Below are positions 36,005 through 42,011 of a DNA stretch of 42,011 nucleotides, piece after piece. The number at the start of each line of letters is the position of its first letter. The stretch's first letter is position 1. The notes below the pieces were generated by a model. The model saw only the letters and a list, made by a program, of their open reading frames with translations, made no database searches and was not told where the DNA came from. The DNA is taken from NCBI GenBank assembly GCA_964414825.1, contig CAYPZM010000001.1:1-42011 (forward strand). The letters run 5' to 3'. Source of the stretch: an uncultured Cytophagia bacterium (lineage in GTDB: Bacteria; Zhuqueibacterota; Zhuqueibacteria; Residuimicrobiales; Krinioviventaceae). A program made the translations under genes and the position numbers.

Positions 36005-36682
36005 TTATTCCTCCAACACGTATTCGTACAATAAATAGCCGGCCACGAGAAAAATCACATCAAATGCGATTAAAATTTGCATCCACGACCAAACAACATC
36101 AAAAGTTTTGCCAGTCAATAACGCGGCTGTGCCTTTGGTCGCTGAAAGTATGATGGGAATAGCGACCGGGAACAGTAAAATGGGCAGCATCACCTCTCGT
36201 GATTTGGTGTTGGCCGAGATGGTTGAAAACAGTGTGCCCACGCCGGCGAATCCGACGGTCCCCAAAAAGAGTATCACTACCAAAGGACCAAGAACGGGTA
36301 AAATGGTTAAATCGAATAAAACAACCATAACGGGGATGGAAATGAGCTCCACAACGCATATAAAAAAAACATTGCCGATGACTTTAGCGATAAATATCGA
36401 GCTGCGATCAATAGGGCAGAGCAACAAGCCTTGCATTTTGGAATTTTCGTGCTCCCGCGTGACCGAGCGTGACAATCCGAGGTTTGCCGCAAAAATAATG
36501 GCCACCCACAAAATACCGGGCGCAGTAGTGCGGATTTGTTCGGAACCAGGATCAAAAATAAAATTAAACACGGCCACAACAATGAGCGCAAACACCAGCA
36601 TGGACAAAATCACGTCTTTGCTGCGCAACTCCATAATTAAATCTTTGCCGATTATGGCGAATATCTGTTTCAATGCCGTCAT
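36005..36682 (-). CDS. ccmB: Heme exporter permease CcmB
   Basis: It is a six-TM protein of the CcmB type (KDL..ELRSK......L.FAL......F.F....). It lies between ccmA and ccmC, and its start overlaps the ccmA stop by 4 nt. Confidence 0.85.
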   Translation of the reverse strand: MTALKQIFAIIGKDLIMELRSKDVILSMLVFALIVVAVFNFIFDPGSEQIRTTAPGILWVAIIFAANLGLSRSVTREHENSKMQGLLLCPIDRSSIFIAKVIGNVFFICVVELISIPVMVVLFDLTILPVLGPLVVILFLGTVGFAGVGTLFSTISANTKSREVMLPILLFPVAIPIILSATKGTAALLTGKTFDVVWSWMQILIAFDVIFLVAGYLLYEYVLEE

Positions 36683-37368
36683 GAAATCGACAGCGCCTCC
36701 CGCGTTTGTTCATAGGTCAAGGTGCGGGCGGATTCGTCTCTGATCAATTTGCCATTTTGAAGAACAAGCACGCGATGGGCGTTTTTGAGGGCATATTCGA
36801 TATCGTGAACCGTGAGCAGGACGGTGCTGTCTTTGGCGATGAGCTCGTCCAACAGCCGTTTGAGCATTTCCGTGGCATTGATATCCAATCCTGCAAATGG
36901 TTCATCCAAAAGCAAAATGGGTGGCGAATGCAGCATGGCGCGCGCCAGGGCCAGCCGTTGCTGCATGCCGCGCGAGAATGTGGCCACGCGATCGTAGCGG
37001 CGCGTTTGTAATCCCACTTGTGTGAGCAGATGTTCAATTCGAGATTCGCGACCCTTTACATCGTACATGCTGGCGTAAAATCGCAAATTCTCTTCAGCCG
37101 TGAGGTCGCCGTACAAAAAGCTGTCATGGCTCATGACGCCGAGGCTGCGACGAATTTCCAGCGGATTTTTTTTTGGTGAATATCCAGCAATTTGAATAGA
37201 GCCGGACGTCGGGCGCGTCAATGTAGCCAAAATTCGCGTTAACGTGGTTTTGCCAGCGCCATTGACACCGAGCAATGCCACATATTCGCCGCGCTCGATG
37301 TGAAAGGAGACATTTTCAAGCGCGTTTTTAATGCCAAAAGATTTGCAAACGTTTTCAACGTGGATCAT
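36679..37368 (-). CDS. ccmA: Heme ABC exporter ATP-binding protein CcmA
   Basis: Walker A is GVNGAGKTT, the signature is FSRGMQQRLALA, and Walker B is ILLLDEP. Operon context also supports the call. Confidence 0.88.
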   Translation of the reverse strand: MIHVENVCKSFGIKNALENVSFHIERGEYVALLGVNGAGKTTLTRILATLTRPTSGSIQIAGYSPKKNPLEIRRSLGVMSHDSFLYGDLTAEENLRFYASMYDVKGRESRIEHLLTQVGLQTRRYDRVATFSRGMQQRLALARAMLHSPPILLLDEPFAGLDINATEMLKRLLDELIAKDSTVLLTVHDIEYALKNAHRVLVLQNGKLIRDESARTLTYEQTREALSIS

Positions 37369-38516
37369 TTTTTCTTGCGAGGTTTTTTCTCGGCACGCGC
37401 TCGCCGCAACTCTATGTTTTGCAGTTCTTGCAAAAGTGCTTGACGCTCGCTGGAGGTTTTCGAGTCGCCATTTGCGGCAATGTCCATTTTTGCGATGCGT
37501 TTTACCAAATCCTTTTTCATTTCTTGCAGTTGTTGCGGATTGGTGTCACTGGCTTGAGACGCGCTGCTTTTACGTCGCGAAAAACTGTAGGACAATCCTA
37601 AAATCAACAGCAAGGCGGTCAAGGTGATGGTCAAAACCGGTGACTGCTCGGTGGGCGAGGCCCCAACTCGGCGAATGGTCACGGGAATATTTGTGCCGGC
37701 TGGCACTTCGGTTACGCCATAACGGTCGTATTCTGTGCCGCGAATGGTAAAGGCTCCGTGGTCAGTCAATTGCGGCGATGAGATTTCGATATTGTCACTA
37801 CTCACAAACAGGTCAAAGGTGCGCGTCGGATGCGTGGTACGGAGTGAGAGGTTGACGCTTTTGCCCTGCATGGGAATCTCGTAAGCAAAGCTCACGGTTT
37901 TGTTGCCGGGCAAAAATATGCCACGATCGATAACATAATGTCCGTGCGTTATCAACTCGTTGCCAACCTGCGCCGAAAGCGGCGCAAAGTTCATGGCGCC
38001 TGCTGGGAGATGAAAGCTGAAAAGTGCTTCTCCAATATGTTCTTCAACAAAAGCAGAGGTGATGGTTTTGTCTCCAGGATTATTGAGCACACGCGTTTCG
38101 CGAAATTGCAGCGCATTGCCCAAATCGTCGATAATGATATGATGCATAAACGCATCGACACCGGCGGTAGAATGAGTGGAATCGTAAACCACTACCGTCA
38201 TATCCGTTGCTTCTGCTGGAAGGTTGATCCCATCGCTAAAATAGCGCACACCATCAAAATCTGTGGCGGCAAAATAGGTGGCTTGCAGTTCCGGAGAGTC
38301 GACAGTCACTTGGAATCGGCCATTGCGGTTGGTGACGGTTTCGGTCACATCCTCGGGCATTTGCGCATCGGGAGTCATCTTTTGAAAAAGAATCATTGCC
38401 TGGCTCACCGCTGTGCTGTCGTGAGTGCCGTTTACCACACGACCAGAGATGGTGGATTGAGCCATGAGGGAGATACTCAAAAAGATCAGCAGAATGCTAT
38501 ATTTTGTAATCGCCAT
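37365..38516 (-). CDS. Uncharacterised secreted/membrane-anchored protein (CarboxypepD_reg-like N-domain, C-terminal TM helix plus basic coiled-coil tail), first gene of the ccm operon
   Basis: The signal peptide is MAITKYSILLIFLSISLMAQS, with an AAGG SD before ATG 38516. The track ORF starts at 38546. STISGRVVNG...NGRFQV is a carboxypeptidase-regulatory-like beta-sandwich. The TM helix is VLTITLTALLLILGLSYSF, followed by a Lys/Arg/Glu-rich tail. The stop overlaps the ccmA start (ATGA). Confidence 0.6.
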   Translation of the reverse strand: MAITKYSILLIFLSISLMAQSTISGRVVNGTHDSTAVSQAMILFQKMTPDAQMPEDVTETVTNRNGRFQVTVDSPELQATYFAATDFDGVRYFSDGINLPAEATDMTVVVYDSTHSTAGVDAFMHHIIIDDLGNALQFRETRVLNNPGDKTITSAFVEEHIGEALFSFHLPAGAMNFAPLSAQVGNELITHGHYVIDRGIFLPGNKTVSFAYEIPMQGKSVNLSLRTTHPTRTFDLFVSSDNIEISSPQLTDHGAFTIRGTEYDRYGVTEVPAGTNIPVTIRRVGASPTEQSPVLTITLTALLLILGLSYSFSRRKSSASQASDTNPQQLQEMKKDLVKRIAKMDIAANGDSKTSSERQALLQELQNIELRRARAEKKPRKKK

Positions 38517-38985
38517 ATTTACCTTTTCCATCTTGTAAAAACTCATAATATTAAAGCATTAAAAAATTAGCATAAAACGGGGAAGACATGATACTCAAAT
38601 CACTTTTGAAACCCGTCAAAAGTTCGAGTTATTCCAGATCATTCGTTGGCTGCTAATCCCATTCTAACGCTTAGAAAAATAGAAGCTTGCAGTGAGAAAA
38701 AAAGGATGATTTACGCCATGTCCGATGCCGCAACTGATGTTTCCCCAACACATAATTTGTCGTTTCAAGCAGCTTTGCAACTCCACATATAATCGCCCTG
38801 ATTTTCTCAAGATCGAGAAACAATATAGGCATACTCGTCTAGTTTCGCAATGAAAATAAGATAAGGGCAAGCGGTCAGATTTTTTTGCGAAATGAGTTTA
38901 ACGACTTGTTGCTTGAGAGAAAAATCTCTACTTTAAAAGAGACTCTTGAATTAAATCATAAAACATATTCGTACTTGGAGGAACC

Positions 38986-39747
38986 ATGGATATTCGTTTT
39001 GATAAAAAAGTTGCTCTTACAACCGGAGCCAGCAGTGGAATTGGTGCGGCAACGGCAGTTGAATTTGCGAAAAGCGGCGCGCGCGTCGTGGTCAACTACA
39101 ACTCGACTCCGGAAGGAGCGGAACAGGTGGTGCAGCAGATCAAAGCCTTGGGTGGAGAAGCTCTTGCCATTCAAGCGGATGTCACGGACGCGCAACAGGT
39201 GAAATCACTGATTGAGCAAACCATAAAGGCATTTGGACAAATCGATATCCTGTTTAATAATGCCGGTACCCTGATCGAACGAAAAACTTTGGAAGAGACG
39301 CCGGATGAGTTGATGCGCCAAATTCTGGATGTCAATTTTACCAGCGTGTTTTTGTGCAGCAAAGCCGTGATTCCGATTATGAAAAAACAGGGGAGAGGAC
39401 GAATCATCAATATGGGATCCATTGCGGCGCACAATGGCGGTGGCCGCGGTGCCGGACATTACAGTGCAGCCAAAGCAGCGGTGCACACGCTGACAAAAAG
39501 CCTGGCCAAAGAATTGGCTGGGACCGGAATTCAAGTCAACGCCGTGGCGCCGGGCATTATTGCGACGCGCTATCACGATATCTTTTCCAGCGACGAGATG
39601 CGTGAAAATTTCAAAAAGTCCATTCCCTTGGCACGCGAGGGCAAACCAGAAGAAGTGGCCTATGCTGTTCTGTTTTTGGCATCGGAATTTGCGGATTATA
39701 TTTTGGGTGAAACGATCGAGATCAATGGCGGTATGTTGATGGATTGA
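38986..39747 (+). CDS. SDR family oxidoreductase (FabG-like)
   Basis: Motifs are TGASSGIG, NNAG and the catalytic YSAAK, followed by PG.I.T. A GGAGGA SD lies upstream. Confidence 0.88.
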   Translation: MDIRFDKKVALTTGASSGIGAATAVEFAKSGARVVVNYNSTPEGAEQVVQQIKALGGEALAIQADVTDAQQVKSLIEQTIKAFGQIDILFNNAGTLIERKTLEETPDELMRQILDVNFTSVFLCSKAVIPIMKKQGRGRIINMGSIAAHNGGGRGAGHYSAAKAAVHTLTKSLAKELAGTGIQVNAVAPGIIATRYHDIFSSDEMRENFKKSIPLAREGKPEEVAYAVLFLASEFADYILGETIEINGGMLMD

Positions 39748-39789
39748 TTCAAGGTTCTTCCAGAATTCCATCCCTGGAAGAACCTTGGA
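39748..39789 (+). terminator. Long stem-loop after the SDR gene (possible terminator)
   Basis: A stem of about 15 bp pairs TTCAAGGTTCTTCCAG (39748-39763) with CTGGAAGAACCTTGGA (39774-39789) around a 10-nt loop. No T-run follows directly; a T7 lies about 35 nt downstream. Confidence 0.45.
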
Positions 39790-39924
39790 GCCCGGCTTGG
39801 TGTGCCAATGTTTATTGTTTTTTTGTTTCTCAATGACTGAATAGTTTCATTTTCTCGGATGAGTTCAAGGAATCTCGTGCTAAAATCAACTGTTTTGGTT
39901 AGTATAAAAATTGGAGGAAACGTC

Positions 39925-40908
39925 ATGGCAGATCAATTAAACAGACGCGAGTTTGTAAAGCGCACCGTTGCCACAACAGCGGCGTTGTCGGTTGCGGGAA
40001 CCGGATTACCGCTCGCCGCGGAAAAATATTTAGATTCCAAAGGACTTCCGACGGCCATGCTAGGCCAAAATGGCGCAACCGTGCCGCGTATGGTCATTGG
40101 CTGCGGCAGTCGCTGGTTGGCGGTCGAGGATGAGGATAAAGCTCTGGAAATAATAGAGTACGCGCTCAATCACGGGCTTTATCATTTGGATACCGCTTCA
40201 TCCTACAAAAACAAAAGTTACTTTAGCGAAGAACGATTGGGCAAAATATTGCCGTCTGTTCGCAAGCAGGTGTTTCTGTCCACCAAAGTTCATGATCGCA
40301 ATCCGGACAAGGCAAAAGTTCTGATAGAAACGAGCTTGAAACGTCTGAACACGGACTATATCGATTTGCTGCAGATTCATAACATCCAATCGGTTGAGGA
40401 TGTGGAAGAGATTCGCAAACCCGGTGGGTTGCTGGAGGTTGTCCAGCAGGCCAAAGAAGAAAAAATTGCACGATTTATTGGATTCACCGGCCACACCTCT
40501 GCCGAGGCCATGACCGAAGCAGCCAAAACCTTTGCTGCCGATACCATGCTCATCGCCCTAAACCACTATCAAAATGGTAACGAGGCGTTTGAACAAGGCG
40601 CCATTCCAGCGGCACAAGAAAACGGGCTTGGGGTGTTGGGAATGAAGGTTGTGCGTCCGCGTGAAAATAACAAAACATTAAGCGCGCCGGATTTGATCAA
40701 ATATGCCCTGTCTCTCAACCAAGTCGATGCCGTCGTGATCGGCACCGACAGTCTCGAGGTTTTAAAAGAAAACATAAATTTGTTGAAATCGTTCGAGCCG
40801 TTGCCCGAAGAGCGCATGCAGGAGATCCGAATGTCCCTGCAGCCCTACTATTTGCATAAAAATTTGGAATGGATGCATCCGTCCTATACGGATGGCGAGT
40901 GGGCTTGA
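39925..40908 (+). CDS. Aldo/keto reductase with twin-arginine (Tat) signal peptide
   Basis: MADQLNRREFVKRTVATTAALSVAGTGLPLAA is a Tat signal. AKR motifs are LDTASSY, LSTKV and IDLLQIHN. A GGAGGA SD precedes ATG 39925. The track ORF starts at 39859. Confidence 0.85.
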   Translation: MADQLNRREFVKRTVATTAALSVAGTGLPLAAEKYLDSKGLPTAMLGQNGATVPRMVIGCGSRWLAVEDEDKALEIIEYALNHGLYHLDTASSYKNKSYFSEERLGKILPSVRKQVFLSTKVHDRNPDKAKVLIETSLKRLNTDYIDLLQIHNIQSVEDVEEIRKPGGLLEVVQQAKEEKIARFIGFTGHTSAEAMTEAAKTFAADTMLIALNHYQNGNEAFEQGAIPAAQENGLGVLGMKVVRPRENNKTLSAPDLIKYALSLNQVDAVVIGTDSLEVLKENINLLKSFEPLPEERMQEIRMSLQPYYLHKNLEWMHPSYTDGEWA

Positions 40909-40933
40909 AACCGCTAACGTTCAGCGGTTTTGA
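40907..40933. terminator. Hairpin between convergent genes
   Basis: GAAACCGCT (40907-40915) pairs with AGCGGTTT (40923-40930) around a 7-nt loop. T-rich sequence follows on plus, and A-rich sequence precedes it. Confidence 0.55.
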
Positions 40934-42001
40934 TTAATAATAGTACCAGATGGTTTTATAATCGTCAATGGTTTCGCCGCGGCGTTGCAGCTCTTGCAAA
41001 TAGTCGTAAATCGGAACGTCGGTGTCGATATAGGTGTCGGCAAGAGAGAGATTCTTTTCCCATGGAAAAAATTCGTACACGCGTGAACCATCAGGAAGAA
41101 TGGTGATGAGGCTGTGATTTTGCCGGGCGCGGATGTAATTTTTTCCCAAACGCGGCACATTGTAAACCGGCTCGTCTGTTCGAACCGTGCCGGGCATAAG
41201 GCGCGCCTCTTCTTGAATCTCCTGCATCAACCGCGCTAACGGCACACGGTAATTTTGCGTCTCTTTTTTGCCTTTGGTATTAAATGTATAATAGGCGTCC
41301 ACACCAATCAGTCGTAATGTGCGCCGCAGCGCCACAAGCTCGTACCTTCTGCTGTTCTCAACCGTAAATACGGCCTGATTGTAAACAGAGATGCCCTGTT
41401 TTTTGAATTTCTGCACCGCGGCCATGGATTCGGGCGTCACTTCATAGGGATGTTCGTAATGGGTCACGAGTACAATTTCGCGCCTGCCTGGCTGGTGATA
41501 TTTGGCGATCACATTAATCAAATTATCCGTAACCCGCTGCGGCAGTACCACAGGAATTCGTGAGCCGATGCGGATGCGTACCACATGTGGAATATCCGCC
41601 ACTTGCGACAGAATAAAATCGAGCCGCCTATCATTCATCACCAGTGGATCGCCACCTGTAATCAATACCTCTTCAATGGCCTCGTGGTCTTTAATCCAAT
41701 TTATGGCTTTTTCAATATTCTCTTTGGTCGCCATGGCCTTTTCGTACAAAACATCGTCAATTTCCCAATTCCGCTGGCAATAGACACAAATTTGGCTGCA
41801 CGTGTTGTACGGTTTGAGGATGACAATACGCGGATAACGCCGTGTAATGAGATCGATGGGAGAAGTATCTTGCTCTAGCATAAAATCAAATTGACACGAA
41901 CGGTCATCGCGATTTGCCAGCATGTTTTCGACATAATTCATGGGGGGGATCACTTGAGCGCGCACGGCGTGGTCAAGTTTTCGGTGCGGTTGTTTGTCCA
42001 T
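40934..42001 (-). CDS. KamA-family radical SAM protein (lysine 2,3-aminomutase-like, divergent)
   Basis: The cluster motif is CSQICVYCQRNW (CxxxCxxC). Other motifs are ITGGDPLVM, VLVTHYEHPYEVT, VYNQAVF and AYYTFN. This layout is typical of the KamA/EpmB family. Confidence 0.75.
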   Translation of the reverse strand: MDKQPHRKLDHAVRAQVIPPMNYVENMLANRDDRSCQFDFMLEQDTSPIDLITRRYPRIVILKPYNTCSQICVYCQRNWEIDDVLYEKAMATKENIEKAINWIKDHEAIEEVLITGGDPLVMNDRRLDFILSQVADIPHVVRIRIGSRIPVVLPQRVTDNLINVIAKYHQPGRREIVLVTHYEHPYEVTPESMAAVQKFKKQGISVYNQAVFTVENSRRYELVALRRTLRLIGVDAYYTFNTKGKKETQNYRVPLARLMQEIQEEARLMPGTVRTDEPVYNVPRLGKNYIRARQNHSLITILPDGSRVYEFFPWEKNLSLADTYIDTDVPIYDYLQELQRRGETIDDYKTIWYYY

Positions 42002-42011
42002 GAGTGAGACA

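Noticed and set aside
38664-39202. ORFs 38664-38870 (minus, 68 aa), 38885-39202 (plus, 105 aa) and 38956-39195 (minus) in or near the 440-nt spacer upstream of the SDR gene.
   Set aside because: They have no SD. The translations are Cys/Arg-rich or overlap the SDR gene out of frame, with no recognisable motifs. The spacer probably holds divergent promoters for the ccm operon and the SDR gene, but I could not define them confidently.

Overview
This 42-kb window looks like a chromosomal segment of a Gram-negative bacterium. It is probably from the FCB-type radiation. That is an inference from four secreted proteins ending in the NYPNPFN-type T9SS C-terminal sorting domain, Kdo/Lpt LPS genes and a CodW-like HslV. 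All homology calls are motif recognition by eye, not database searches. Layout: (1) 1-9.2 kb holds a tatC 3' fragment, a PHP phosphoesterase, an M24 peptidase, a tail-fibre-like repeat protein with a small T9SS partner, an MBL hydrolase, and a delta/alpha/beta-gamma 2-oxoacid:ferredoxin oxidoreductase operon. (2) 9.5-14.3 kb holds a radical-SAM/DUF2344 fusion, RNase G, rplU and rpmA. (3) 14.5-26.1 kb is one same-strand cluster: gatC-kdsB-pyrG-kdsA-kdsD-lptC-lptA-lptB-rpoN-hslV-hslU-argF. (4) 26.2-35.1 kb is a variable region. It contains a FemAB/GNAT-like gene, a Phd antitoxin with a truncated VapC fused to a truncated convergent gene, three secreted carbohydrate-type proteins (two with T9SS tails), a degenerate SNase-like protein and a small Cys protein. 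(5) 35.2-38.5 kb, minus strand, is an uncharacterised membrane protein translationally coupled to ccmA-ccmB-ccmC-ccmD. ccmD is below the ORF-track cutoff and was found by hand. (6) The last part holds an SDR, a Tat-signal aldo/keto reductase and a KamA-family radical SAM gene. I saw no rRNA, tRNA, CRISPR array, transposase, integrase, reverse transcriptase or recognisable multi-gene defence system. The most unusual signal not explained by genes is a MITE-like, GC-rich, multi-hairpin palindromic repeat family. It has a full copy at 31974-32306, an internally deleted copy at 9334-9448 in the predicted leader of the radical-SAM/rng operon, and a fragment at 26146-26178. I could not identify a clearly novel multi-gene system. 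The candidates most worth follow-up are the repeat family, the tail-fibre-like surface protein pair, the ccm-coupled unknown protein and the radical-SAM/DUF2344-RNase G module.
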